A stretch of 64,000 nucleotides of DNA from the NCBI GenBank assembly GCA_937981985.1, contig CALJNB010000017.1, positions 21,534 to 85,533 of the forward strand, given 5' to 3'. Shown in pieces: positions 37,678-47,827 of the stretch (position 1 is its first letter; every line of letters begins with the position of its first letter). Source of the DNA: an uncultured bacterium. GTDB taxonomy: Bacteria; Myxococcota_A; Bradymonadia; Bradymonadales; Bradymonadaceae. The notes under the pieces were generated by a model. The model searched no databases and was not told the DNA's origin. It saw nothing but the letters and a program-made list of their open reading frames with translations. Both the position numbers and the translations under genes were made by a program.

Positions 37678-38688
37678 ATGAATATCGGCGTTATCGGTGG
37701 TGGGTCTTGGGGAACAGCTTTGGCAAAATTACTTGCAGATAAAGGCTATCAGGTTGAACTTTGGTGTTTTGAATCTGAAGTCGCTAAGGCTATTAATGAA
37801 GAAAACGAAAACACTACCTTTTTGGCGGGTTTTAAACTTCCCAAAACGCTTAGCGCGACAGACGATTGTGTAAAATGTGTTCAAGGAAAGGATCTCATAC
37901 TCACCGTCCCGCCAAGCCATGTCTTACGAACCGTTCTAGAACTCATAAAAAACGATATCCCCAAAGGCATCCCAATCGTCAGTGCCTCTAAAGGAATCGA
38001 AAACGAAACCCTCATGTTAATGTCTGATGTCCTTGAGGATGTGCTACCCATCCAATACCATCCCTACTTAGCCTATCTTTCAGGCCCCTCGTTTGCCAAA
38101 GAAACTGCAGAACGAAAGCCAACCGCTGTTACCGTTGCCTCCTACAACCACAAAATAGCCGAATCCGTTCAACAGATCTTTAGTACCGATTATTTCAGGG
38201 TCTACACAACCTATGATGTTGTGGGCGTTGAAGTGGGAGGGGCTTTGAAAAATGTGATCGCGATTGCTTCAGGCGCAATCAGCGCAATGGAACTAGGTCA
38301 CAACTCAACCGCAGGTATGATCACTCGCGGTCTTGCGGAAATGACAAGAATTGCAACGAGACTGGGCGCTAACCCTCTTACACTTTCAGGTCTCGCAGGA
38401 ATGGGAGATTTGGTCTTAACCTGTACGGGCGGCCTATCAAGAAATCGCACTCTTGGGTTTAAACTTGGTAAAGGTAAAACCTTAGAAGAAATCATTTCAG
38501 AGACCAATACCGTGGCCGAAGGAATTAAGACAAGTAAATCAGTTTACGATCTCTCTCAAAAACTGGGTGTCGAAATGCCGATATCTGAACAAGTCTATAA
38601 AGTAATTCACGAAGGCAAAGAAACGCAACAAGCTGTTAAAGATATTATGGGGCGTGAGCTAAAACGAGAAATGTTAAGCTTTAGCTAA
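37678..38688 (+). CDS. gpsA: NAD(P)H-dependent glycerol-3-phosphate dehydrogenase
   Basis: NIGVIGGGSWGTALA dinucleotide fold. GPSFAKE, GALKNVIAIA and NRTLG motifs are typical of GpsA. Confidence 0.95.
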   Translation: MNIGVIGGGSWGTALAKLLADKGYQVELWCFESEVAKAINEENENTTFLAGFKLPKTLSATDDCVKCVQGKDLILTVPPSHVLRTVLELIKNDIPKGIPIVSASKGIENETLMLMSDVLEDVLPIQYHPYLAYLSGPSFAKETAERKPTAVTVASYNHKIAESVQQIFSTDYFRVYTTYDVVGVEVGGALKNVIAIASGAISAMELGHNSTAGMITRGLAEMTRIATRLGANPLTLSGLAGMGDLVLTCTGGLSRNRTLGFKLGKGKTLEEIISETNTVAEGIKTSKSVYDLSQKLGVEMPISEQVYKVIHEGKETQQAVKDIMGRELKREMLSFS

Positions 38689-38720
38689 CAGAAACGAAAA
38701 AGTAGCTAGAGTAGTAGTTT

Positions 38721-40898
38721 ATGCATAACTTTCAACAAACCCTTTTTTTTGCACTTCTCATAGGTCTCTTGTCGCCGGTCGTTTCTGCGCAGACAAGCGA
38801 CGATTCCGAAGAAGATACTGTCACGACATCTGCGACGGAATTAAAGGGATATTTTTTCAAGTCGCGCGCAACCGCGACGCTCGAAAAAGAAACGCTAGAA
38901 CGCAAACATTCCTTGGCGACCTTATTGGACGGAAAGCCTGGCATCCAAATGCAGGAAACAAACCGAGGTGGCGGAACAGTATTTATAAGAGGTCTTATCG
39001 GGCCAGAGAATCTTATCCTTATTGACGGGTTGCGTTTTAACCAATCGACCTTTCGAACAGGGCCAAATCAATATTTGGATACCATCGGCTTAAGTGCGAT
39101 CTCCGGAGTAGATGCAGTAAACGGACCTGCGGGACTTTTTTATGGTGCTAATGCTATTGGAGGCGTTCTCAATCTGAAAACCAACAACGAAATTCAAAGC
39201 GGTCATTCCGCCTCTGCGAACCTAGGCTTTGAGACCGTGCGATCTGCAGTGTTTGGTTTACTCAAAGGTAGGGTTTCGGGCAAACAAACAAACTTGAGAT
39301 TAGGTGTGAATTACGGTCAAGAGGGAACCCTTCACGCTGGGTCGGGCCCTTTTTTAACATCCGGTCTTCAAGACGATGGGGATTTTCTCGGAAATAGTTT
39401 TCAAAAAATGGGATGGTCCTTGGGTCTAAATACTAAGCCCGACGACAACGTTAACTTGAGTGCCAAGTATCTTTATTCCGCCATAAAAAACGCGCCTCGT
39501 TTGGATCGTATTGGTGAAGGGCGATTGCGCGTAGCCGATAATGAGGATCATTTTGGATACTTGAAAATGAAAATCGACGGTCCTAAATATTTCGACGCGG
39601 TTTCATTGGCGATAATGTTTCACCATACCAACGAATTACAACGAAGATATCGATGCGAAAAAATTGGCGTCAAAGCAAGAGATATCGAAGAATGTTCAAA
39701 ACGAAATGCCAGCGAGGTCACTAGCAAAACAGAAAACAAAGATAAGGTCACAACGATTGGATTTGTATCGTCCCTTCAAAGCCAACTCACAACATCCATC
39801 GTTCTTGATTCTGGTATCGACCTTTATCACGATCAAGTGAGTTCTTCGGCAAGTGAAGGTTTAGTAGAAACAGCCGGTAACTTTCCTCAAGGCGCAAATT
39901 ACACAAGCGGCGGTGTTTTTGCGCTCTTAAGTTGGCAGCTTTACTCAGATCTAGACCATATCATCGAACTTCAAGGAGGTATACGTGGCGATCTTGTCTA
40001 CGCCCAAGCCGACCCCATATCTGGCGTTGGGCCTTTAGACTATATGCACATAGGGCCCGTTGGGTCCCTTAATCTCAGTTACGTTTCTCAGAATCAGCTG
40101 GCTTGGGTGGGTTGGCACCAAGGGTTTCGTCCTCCCAACCTCCAAGAAACAACACAATTGGGAGACACCGGAAGTTTCTTCGAAATTCCAAACGGGTCTC
40201 TTAACCCCGAACGAAGTAATAGTTTTGAAATTGGATCAAGATATAATCACGACTATATCGGTACCTTGGGCGGCAGTGTATTTCTAAATCTAGTAGAAAA
40301 TAAAATCACTCGTGCACCAGCAGATTTTGAAGGGGAATCGGTGGTAGACGGCAAAGAAGTAAGACAAAGAATTAACGAGGGAGACGCTTATTATTACGGT
40401 TTGGAAGCAAATTTTGAAAGCCGCTCCTTTTATAATCTTTCGATTAACGCATCGGCAAGCGTGATAGAAGGTGCAGTCAGTAGTTCAACCGAAGACAAAA
40501 ATTTCGATGAAAACGCACTCCATGGACTTCTAAGTCGATCTGAATTTTATCAACCTGCCCGACGCCTGCCCCCTTTATCGTACCGTCTAGGTGTAAAGTA
40601 CAAACTACCGCGCTTTGAAGGACAATTTTGGATGTCCGGAAATGCCGCGCAGCGACGTTTATCGACCGACGACCGCAAAGATTTTAGAATTTGCGAACTC
40701 TCGCCGGGCGTCCTAAGTGATGACTGTAGAGGAAGCGATGATTGGTCAACCCTAAATATCGAAGGTACTTATCGCTTCAAAAAGATAGATCTCACGCTAG
40801 GGATTCGCAACATCTTAGATACCCAATATCGGCGACACGGCTCTGGAGTTCCAGGTAGCGGCTTTGGCGTAACGGGTAACCTCCGACTTTCTATCTAA
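38721..40898 (+). CDS. TonB-dependent outer-membrane receptor
   Basis: Signal peptide. Plug-domain motif NRGGGTVFIRGLIGPENLILIDGLRFN. Long beta-barrel with alternating-hydrophobic strands. Conserved late motif ILDTQYRRHGSG. Confidence 0.88.
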   Translation: MHNFQQTLFFALLIGLLSPVVSAQTSDDSEEDTVTTSATELKGYFFKSRATATLEKETLERKHSLATLLDGKPGIQMQETNRGGGTVFIRGLIGPENLILIDGLRFNQSTFRTGPNQYLDTIGLSAISGVDAVNGPAGLFYGANAIGGVLNLKTNNEIQSGHSASANLGFETVRSAVFGLLKGRVSGKQTNLRLGVNYGQEGTLHAGSGPFLTSGLQDDGDFLGNSFQKMGWSLGLNTKPDDNVNLSAKYLYSAIKNAPRLDRIGEGRLRVADNEDHFGYLKMKIDGPKYFDAVSLAIMFHHTNELQRRYRCEKIGVKARDIEECSKRNASEVTSKTENKDKVTTIGFVSSLQSQLTTSIVLDSGIDLYHDQVSSSASEGLVETAGNFPQGANYTSGGVFALLSWQLYSDLDHIIELQGGIRGDLVYAQADPISGVGPLDYMHIGPVGSLNLSYVSQNQLAWVGWHQGFRPPNLQETTQLGDTGSFFEIPNGSLNPERSNSFEIGSRYNHDYIGTLGGSVFLNLVENKITRAPADFEGESVVDGKEVRQRINEGDAYYYGLEANFESRSFYNLSINASASVIEGAVSSSTEDKNFDENALHGLLSRSEFYQPARRLPPLSYRLGVKYKLPRFEGQFWMSGNAAQRRLSTDDRKDFRICELSPGVLSDDCRGSDDWSTLNIEGTYRFKKIDLTLGIRNILDTQYRRHGSGVPGSGFGVTGNLRLSI

Positions 40899-40971
40899 AC
40901 CACAGCAATCGTATTTCAACTTCCAGTTCGTTTATCTTGAGCTAAAAATTAGACAGTGTGATGAGACTCAT

Positions 40972-41469
40972 ATGGATACCTGTAAGTGCTTTAGTTGCGG
41001 TGGTGAATTCCCTGATATCGATGGAACAACTCATAGGTATATGAGTTCATCTGCGGGGTGTTGGTCGATTTATGGCAAGGTTTTAGCTCGTGAATATAGT
41101 GACCCTATCTATTTCGATACTCATCGTTTGACAGTTGATACTTATGCAATCCAACACCCGGGTTCATCGGATCGACAAAGTATACAGTCCGTAGGTGCGC
41201 ATTTGGTTAGACTTTGCTTATTCTTAGAGAATGGCTTAACTGCAGAGAAAGCAAATGAATCTATGTTACAAGCAACTAAAAAAAAGCAGTCATTTATCTT
41301 TCTTGAACCGCCTCATCGTTTTGGGCCAATTACGGCCGCTGATGTATATCGTTGCCAGACAGTAGAAGAGCATAAAGCCACGGTGAGAGACTGGGCTCAA
41401 CGCAGTTGGGAAGCATGGTCAAATCATCATGATACAATTCGAGACTGGCTGCCCAATGCGGCGTTCTAA
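40972..41469 (+). CDS. Conserved hypothetical protein with N-terminal CxxC zinc-ribbon-like motif (DUF5946-like, from memory)
   Basis: CFSCGGEF...GCWSIYG...HRLTVDTYAIQHPG pattern. Family assignment is from recollection only. Confidence 0.45.
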   Translation: MDTCKCFSCGGEFPDIDGTTHRYMSSSAGCWSIYGKVLAREYSDPIYFDTHRLTVDTYAIQHPGSSDRQSIQSVGAHLVRLCLFLENGLTAEKANESMLQATKKKQSFIFLEPPHRFGPITAADVYRCQTVEEHKATVRDWAQRSWEAWSNHHDTIRDWLPNAAF

Positions 41470-41608
41470 CTCTATGTAAGTTGTGAGCTTTACTCATCAA
41501 ATTCGGTGGTTCCATTCTAAATGGTCCAAATGGGTTTGGTTTCCAATCCTTTCTTGTAGAACCTTCAAAAAGACATAGAATTGGGGAATACAAACGATAG
41601 GAAATGAA

Positions 41609-42433
41609 ATGGCAAAGTACCCCAAATGGCATCGCGTTGATCCCGACAATTTTGATCTCTCGTCCATAGACACAGGAACAAAACTCGGTGCGGATGGAAA
41701 AAAAATAAATCGAAATGATGCAGAAGCAATTTATCAAAAAAATATTGAAGCGATTAAAACCCTCCAATTTAAAATGTGGGCAGAGAAAAAAACAAGTCTT
41801 CTGGTCGTGTTCCAAGCGATGGATACCGGAGGAAAAGATGGCGCAATTCGAAAGTGTTTCGGCCCATTAAATCCACAGGGCGTTGAGACTCAAGCGTTCA
41901 AAGTTCCTACTGCTGAAGAAGCTTCTCACGACTTCTTGTGGCGAGTTCAAAAACATTCTCCTGCCAAGGGAATGATTCAGATTTTTAATCGGAGTCATTA
42001 CGAAGATGTTTTGGTGGTGCGCGTACACAATTATAAACCTGAGTCGGTTTGGCGAAAAAACTACACACACATTAATAACTACGAAGAATTATTATCCGAC
42101 TCAAACACCGTCATCCTGAAGTTCATGCTCAACATTTCTCTGGACGAGCAAAAAGAGAGACTGCAAGAGCGTCTAGACGATGCAACGCGTCATTGGAAAT
42201 TTTCGTCATCAGACTTAAAAGAAAGAAAGTTTTGGCCGCAATACATGGAAGCCTTCGAAGAGGCCTTGATACAAACGTCAAAAAAACACGCACCGTGGTA
42301 CGTGATTCCAGCTGACCGAAAATGGTATCGAAATTATGCGATTACGACGATTGTTCGGGAAACATTAGAAAGTATAGAAATGGAATGGCCGAAAGCCGAA
42401 GAGGGATTAGCTGATATCAAGATTGACTCTTAG
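41609..42433 (+). CDS. Polyphosphate kinase 2 family (polyphosphate:nucleotide phosphotransferase)
   Basis: Walker-A-like FQAMDTGGKDG. FNRSHYEDVLVVRVH, and the lid/Walker-B region typical of one-domain PPK2. Confidence 0.9.
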   Translation: MAKYPKWHRVDPDNFDLSSIDTGTKLGADGKKINRNDAEAIYQKNIEAIKTLQFKMWAEKKTSLLVVFQAMDTGGKDGAIRKCFGPLNPQGVETQAFKVPTAEEASHDFLWRVQKHSPAKGMIQIFNRSHYEDVLVVRVHNYKPESVWRKNYTHINNYEELLSDSNTVILKFMLNISLDEQKERLQERLDDATRHWKFSSSDLKERKFWPQYMEAFEEALIQTSKKHAPWYVIPADRKWYRNYAITTIVRETLESIEMEWPKAEEGLADIKIDS

Positions 42434-42457
42434 GCGCGGTCGGCCACCCATTCGGAT

Positions 42458-45400
42458 TTAGGGCTGAGGAAGGTTAGAAGTCGTGATATCAAATTGATAA
42501 ATTCCGTAACGGCCCGCGGCAATCGTTAACTCATTGCCATCTGATAAAAAATCGGTGGACCATCCCCGCATCGATAAAAATGCCTGAGCGTAGGTATTTT
42601 CCAGGTCAGCCGTATTCACGATAAGCACGCCTCCAGACGTACTAAAAATAGCACGATTATCGATAACATCTTCGAGTGAAAGCCAGTCCAACGAATCGAT
42701 TGTTGAAATGGGCGAAAATGCGCCTGTTATTGAAAAGATCTCTAACTCAGAACCCGATTCACCATAGACGGGAACATAGAGGTGATCATCTGAACTGAGA
42801 ACAATTTTTCCGTGGGTTGACCCGTTATTATAGCGTTTGATTCCGCGAAGTTTTGCCTTTCCGTTAACCAACTCCAATTTGTTAACCGTATCATGAGCGC
42901 CGTAAACTCCCCAAAGTGAACCCTGAGTAATGATTTGGTCGCCTTTTACAGCTACAAGTGTTCCGGGAACATTAATGTCCGTCGATCTAACGACGTTCTC
43001 AGGATCGCTGAAATCAAAAGATCTGAAGTAGTACGCGGCCAGGTTTCGTGAGGAGTTTGAAACGGTCCGAGATTTTTTGAACGTAAAGTACAACAGATTA
43101 TCTTTCTGAAGCGTGCTTACAGCCTCTTCAGAATTGCTTGAAACGATAACGTTCCGAATTTTTAGATCGTCTGCATCGGATAGATCAACAACGTGAAAAT
43201 CTCGCTGAGTCCATTGACGTGTAAGTGTATTCTCGAAAGTTTCAATCGTGGCCTTAATGTGTGAGGGGTCGGGAATATCTCGACATCCAAAATCGTCGCT
43301 ATTCTGTGTACAAGATGCGAAATATTCCTCGCAGATTGTTGGCGTTCTTGTCCCGTTGGTCCTCTCTACATAACTACAACTTCTTTCGCCTTGGATATAG
43401 GTACAAGGTTTATCGAAAACTGATGAACATTCTTTTTCGTAAGTATCTTTACGATAGACAGTAGTAACCTGAGTGCCTATTTCTTCAGACTCATTCTTAT
43501 TGACCTGAAAAACCAGAGCGTTTCCGACCACGTTCGCAACCGGTTGAATCACGCCACCGCCGCAATCGTAGCAGTCGTAATCGTCATAATATCCACCATA
43601 ATATTGCTGGTCGCTCACCGGAATCGTATCGGTTGTTAACGTATCTTTGAGTACCGGTGTTGTTGGGTCCGATAGATCCCAAGAACTAACTACAGCTTCG
43701 GTAGCGTCCTGAAAAACGACAATGAGAAGGTCGTCTTTTTTGTGGATGCTAGAACCAGACGGAATTGTAATTTCTGCGATGGCCAAGGTTTGGTCAGCAT
43801 CGGCCTTAGGTACAATTTGAATCGTATCAAACGAAGGACTCTTTACGTTACTTCCCCACCAACTCCAATGCGCCGTCCGATCTGTTTGACGTGCAATATG
43901 ATCGCCGAATGCGAGAACCTTTGTGTAATTGGGAGCCAATTCTAAGCGCGACATTTCAGTCGGAGCATCAACATCGGATGTGTTGTATAAAGAAAACTCA
44001 AGATTTGACAGATTACCGGTCAGGTCTTTAGTGCGGTCTGCAGTAAACGTTCTCGTAACAGGAGTATCGTGTAACATGACTCCGCGTTTACTTAGGGTTG
44101 TGTCAGAAAACGTAAATATCTGAACGCCAGCACGGTAGGTTTCTGACGATTCATCCCAGCCCTGAAAGGGGAGTAAAACAAGACCCGTTTCTACGACACC
44201 CGTATCCGACATAACATTGGCACTCTTTTCTAAAACTGAGAATGTCTTGTCGTCCCAAATTGCATCACTCCATGCAGAAGTTACTTCTTCCCGATCAACA
44301 AGAGGGTTCGTGTTCTTCAGATCTTCAATATCATAAAGACTGACCGCCGGAACTCTATCTCCATTTTCGTCATTGATTCCTATTCCAATCAAACGCTTAT
44401 TATCTGAAACCGGACGAAACCAAGTATTAAATCCAGATACGATAAATTCAGATTCTTCCACCAAATCTCCATCATCAGAAATCGAAAAAGCATGGAAGGG
44501 GTCGACTTGTAGATAGGTAACAAAGAACGCGGCGTTCCCCAAAAAGAGCGTCGCAAAAAGATCCTCTCCATCTCCAAAGGTTTTTCCATCTACGGGAGTC
44601 GGATTTTGAAGATCTGAAAAGTTAAAGGTTTCTATATGATTGGTATTGGTATTGGCATTCCAGCTATTTCCTGAAACAACGCGGAGAATATTCCCACGAA
44701 AACTCATATCGGACTTCTTACTGACACGTCCCTGAACAAACACGGAAGCGCCCTCCACCATTAAGCCGTTCTCGTCGCTAATATCAATTACAGAAATGGA
44801 GCTGCCCACATTATTGATGTAATTTCCTTGGTCATCATAAGAATCGCCAGAAACCAAAAGATGACTGCCGGTCGCTTGAATATGACTAATATTCCCGCCG
44901 AGCTCGACCTCGTGCTTCTGTGTGAGTTCGCCGCCAACAGAAACGCTAAAGCTTCTAACGAAAGAATGGGCTGACGCTAACCCATCAAATGTAACGTAGA
45001 GGGATTCTTTACCGTTGCCGCGAGTCAAACGGCTATTCGAAATCTGACCGGGGACCTGAGTGCGTTTAATGATCACAGGATTTGCGTGATCGGAAATATC
45101 AACAACCGCGATCACTCCACCACTATATTGCCCGGTCAGTCCTAGCGATTGATTTGCATAATATCCTGTCCACTTATTCATCAAGACGTAAACGTAATTA
45201 CCCACTTGATACATTTCTTGAGGTTCTCCTGAAATCTGTGCGCTACCGATAATCTTTGGAGAAGTCGCATCGGAAAAGTCGATCAGCTGCAAACCTCGGT
45301 AAGGATTGAGGTTCAGAATAATGCCCTCAGATTGCGAGACACGATAAATATCTCCTTCTTCTGCAACGCGCTCGTCTCCACTGTTGCCAGAAGCATCATC

Positions 45401-45604
45401 AGATTCTGCGACCGCATTATTTACGTTGTCATATTCGTCGTTAAACGAAGCTTCGGCCGTGAGAAATTCGGTTTCCCCAAGTTCGTGGGTTTCTTGTACT
45501 ATTTTCTCTTCCACTTCTGGCTTGAGATCTACTGGGTTATCGATACAGGCCGTTGCGCCGGCAAGTAAAAGTAAAAATATCCAATGCTTATTTTGATTCA
45601 TCAT
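42458..45604 (-). CDS. Large secreted beta-propeller-domain protein (PF09826-like)
   Basis: Signal peptide with Cys (LLLAGATAC). The stretch EEGDIYRVSQSEGIILNLNPYRGLQLIDFSDATSPKIIGSAQISGEPQEMYQVGNYVYVL matches the layout of the 'beta propeller domain' secreted family. 1048 aa. Confidence 0.6.
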   Translation of the reverse strand: MMNQNKHWIFLLLLAGATACIDNPVDLKPEVEEKIVQETHELGETEFLTAEASFNDEYDNVNNAVAESDDASGNSGDERVAEEGDIYRVSQSEGIILNLNPYRGLQLIDFSDATSPKIIGSAQISGEPQEMYQVGNYVYVLMNKWTGYYANQSLGLTGQYSGGVIAVVDISDHANPVIIKRTQVPGQISNSRLTRGNGKESLYVTFDGLASAHSFVRSFSVSVGGELTQKHEVELGGNISHIQATGSHLLVSGDSYDDQGNYINNVGSSISVIDISDENGLMVEGASVFVQGRVSKKSDMSFRGNILRVVSGNSWNANTNTNHIETFNFSDLQNPTPVDGKTFGDGEDLFATLFLGNAAFFVTYLQVDPFHAFSISDDGDLVEESEFIVSGFNTWFRPVSDNKRLIGIGINDENGDRVPAVSLYDIEDLKNTNPLVDREEVTSAWSDAIWDDKTFSVLEKSANVMSDTGVVETGLVLLPFQGWDESSETYRAGVQIFTFSDTTLSKRGVMLHDTPVTRTFTADRTKDLTGNLSNLEFSLYNTSDVDAPTEMSRLELAPNYTKVLAFGDHIARQTDRTAHWSWWGSNVKSPSFDTIQIVPKADADQTLAIAEITIPSGSSIHKKDDLLIVVFQDATEAVVSSWDLSDPTTPVLKDTLTTDTIPVSDQQYYGGYYDDYDCYDCGGGVIQPVANVVGNALVFQVNKNESEEIGTQVTTVYRKDTYEKECSSVFDKPCTYIQGERSCSYVERTNGTRTPTICEEYFASCTQNSDDFGCRDIPDPSHIKATIETFENTLTRQWTQRDFHVVDLSDADDLKIRNVIVSSNSEEAVSTLQKDNLLYFTFKKSRTVSNSSRNLAAYYFRSFDFSDPENVVRSTDINVPGTLVAVKGDQIITQGSLWGVYGAHDTVNKLELVNGKAKLRGIKRYNNGSTHGKIVLSSDDHLYVPVYGESGSELEIFSITGAFSPISTIDSLDWLSLEDVIDNRAIFSTSGGVLIVNTADLENTYAQAFLSMRGWSTDFLSDGNELTIAAGRYGIYQFDITTSNLPQP

Positions 45605-45758
45605 TAGTCCTTTCTAAAGTTATTGCAGTCCATCGCAATTTTGGTGCCAGGATCAAAACCACCGTTCTATAGGCCGAAAAGGAATGCTTACCCGTAATGA
45701 ATGTCAGATCCCTCAGATTTCTATGATCGGTCGTGGCACGTATGTCAGTTTTTCGAAA

Positions 45759-47033
45759 CTATTTTGAAAGCTCGTCTTCAGTTTCAGGATCAGGGAGAGA
45801 TTCTGAAAATTCCATGAATCGGGTTTCGATAAAAGAACGAGACATTGCTTCCTGAATTGGCGCATCACCATGAATCCATTTTCGGACTGCACAATACCAG
45901 GTTGGAAATCCAGGACGCTGTTCGCAGAAATTATTTTCGATTAGGAAAGCGACATCATAAGAGGGTTGATCTTCGACTTTCTTCCTCGTCAACAAAACAT
46001 TACTGGTGCGGTCGTCTTCGTACCGGCCTCCAAACATAAGATCGCAGGTTGTTTGCCATCGTTCGGCTTGAATGTCGGGGTTGGCACGCATTTGCACTTC
46101 TGCACTTTTAGCGAGTTCATCAATTGCCTGCTGACGCAGAACACCGCCAGGTGACATCGTGAACCGACACAACGACATAATAGCACCGATACGAAAATCA
46201 ATATCGTAAGCAGGGAGGTTTTTAGTACTTTTTACCAACCAACTCTTCGGCTGTCCTAGCCGAGACCATTTGCCTAATGTGGCGACCGCAGACTGGAAGT
46301 CTTTCGCCTGTGGATTATCTAAAAAAAGAGATTGCTGTAAGGCTTCCAATACATCTCGTCCATATTTGGGAGACAATGTTTTCAAAAATCGACGGCATGA
46401 GACACCGCCTTTATAGGTGGCGTTGACTCCGCAACGCCGAAGCCATCTATAGAAACGCTTTCCATTCGGTCTTATTCTGTTCTCGCGGTAATAGGCTAAA
46501 ACTGAAGTCACTATTTGCTCATTCCCATCAAGTGATTCCAGTTCTAGAAAAAAGGATTCAACTTCATCATACAAGGAACCTTTGGGAATCTTTGCGTCTA
46601 GGAAATTTTGTATGAGACATCGCCAGGGTGCAAAAATGGCACGACCGTTGACTGCCGTTTCGATACGAGAAGTAAGTTCTTCAGGAAAGGCGCCGGAACT
46701 GATCGCTTCGATATTTTTCTCGCATGCAATTTCTGCTGCGTCTGAAGGGCCGAATAAAAACACAGCTTTCAAATCCTCGGGAGACCAAACGTGGTTGCCG
46801 AGTTCTTTTCCGCTAAGTTTTTCGAAACGTCGGGATAAAGCTTTATCTTGTTTTAATAAGGTTTGCGCTGCTGGATTTTCATCTTTAACGACGATATTCG
46901 TTGTTTGCGCTTCTCTATTTAGGAAGAAGAATCCCAGAAAAACGAAAACTAAAACCGAAATCCCGACGGAGAGTTCGGTTCCAAAATAGGATTCCTCTTT
47001 AGGGCCCGGTATGTGTAATTTTTTTTTCACCAC
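45759..47033 (-). CDS. Membrane-anchored hypothetical protein
   Basis: GTG start followed by KKK (A9 tract), one N-terminal TM helix (LSVGISVLVFVFLGFFFL) and ~370 aa with no motif I recognise. Confidence 0.5.
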   Translation of the reverse strand: MVKKKLHIPGPKEESYFGTELSVGISVLVFVFLGFFFLNREAQTTNIVVKDENPAAQTLLKQDKALSRRFEKLSGKELGNHVWSPEDLKAVFLFGPSDAAEIACEKNIEAISSGAFPEELTSRIETAVNGRAIFAPWRCLIQNFLDAKIPKGSLYDEVESFFLELESLDGNEQIVTSVLAYYRENRIRPNGKRFYRWLRRCGVNATYKGGVSCRRFLKTLSPKYGRDVLEALQQSLFLDNPQAKDFQSAVATLGKWSRLGQPKSWLVKSTKNLPAYDIDFRIGAIMSLCRFTMSPGGVLRQQAIDELAKSAEVQMRANPDIQAERWQTTCDLMFGGRYEDDRTSNVLLTRKKVEDQPSYDVAFLIENNFCEQRPGFPTWYCAVRKWIHGDAPIQEAMSRSFIETRFMEFSESLPDPETEDELSK

Positions 47034-47065
47034 TTCAGTTTATAATAGTTAAGAAGAATTGACCA

Positions 47066-47827
47066 TCATCGGATGACTCTTCTTCCTTTTCCTATTTTTT
47101 CTAATTGATGTTCGAACTTATTGGCCAACCACGTTCGTGCATCTTCAACAGCATCATGGTTTGTTTTTCCCACTGCAAGACCAACCGCGATAGCCGAGGC
47201 TAGATGACAACCTGTACCTCTGGGATTGATATCTCTTTTGGGATGAGGTTTTAGTGAGGTAAACCCGCCCACATCAAACCAATAATCAGAAATATGAGAT
47301 TGATCGTGGTCAACTAAGTGACCGCTTTTCAATAGAACGTCGGGTCCAAAAGCGTGAATCTTTTTCATTACTTCTTCGACGCCGCCTTCTAACATTGCAA
47401 AAGCCTCGTTGGAATTTGGCGTGATGATCGACGTACGTGTACCTAATACTTCCAAGATACTTCTGAATAACTTATCGCCGGATAACTTCGTTTTTCCAGA
47501 ACCATCAAAGTAAATGGGGTCTAATACGACGGGTTTATCCGGGCAAGAATCAATGAAGTTCGTTAAGACTAGCATGTTTTCAATGCTTCCAATCATGCCA
47601 ATCTTTATCGCATCAAATCCTATATCACTCTTGATAGCGTCCAACTGAGCACTAACAAGATCGGGGGCGAGATGTTCACAGCGAAGTACCGCTGTCGTAT
47701 TTTGAACGACGACGGAAGTGACGACACTAAGTCCCCAACAACCTAGGTCAGCGGCTGTACGGAGATCGGCCTGAAGACCTGCCCCTCCACTAGGATCAGT
47801 TCCACCTACAAACAACACTCTTTTCAT
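47066..47827 (-). CDS. thiD: Hydroxymethylpyrimidine/phosphomethylpyrimidine kinase-like (ThiD/PdxK, ribokinase superfamily)
   Basis: N-terminus VLFVGGTDPSGGAGLQADLRT is typical of ThiD. IKIGMIG, ITPNSNE and a C-terminal GTGCHLASAIA anion hole. Confidence 0.82.
   Translation of the reverse strand: MKRVLFVGGTDPSGGAGLQADLRTAADLGCWGLSVVTSVVVQNTTAVLRCEHLAPDLVSAQLDAIKSDIGFDAIKIGMIGSIENMLVLTNFIDSCPDKPVVLDPIYFDGSGKTKLSGDKLFRSILEVLGTRTSIITPNSNEAFAMLEGGVEEVMKKIHAFGPDVLLKSGHLVDHDQSHISDYWFDVGGFTSLKPHPKRDINPRGTGCHLASAIAVGLAVGKTNHDAVEDARTWLANKFEHQLEKIGKGRRVIR

Noticed and set aside
47019-47027. A9 homopolymer (KKK codons) right after the GTG start of the 424-aa membrane-anchored protein, and a T9 tract at 22331-22339 in a divergent promoter region, as phase-variation switches
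   Set aside because: Nine-nucleotide A/T runs are common in a mid-40s %GC genome and are short for slipped-strand switching. There is no supporting evidence such as alternative frames with long ORFs.
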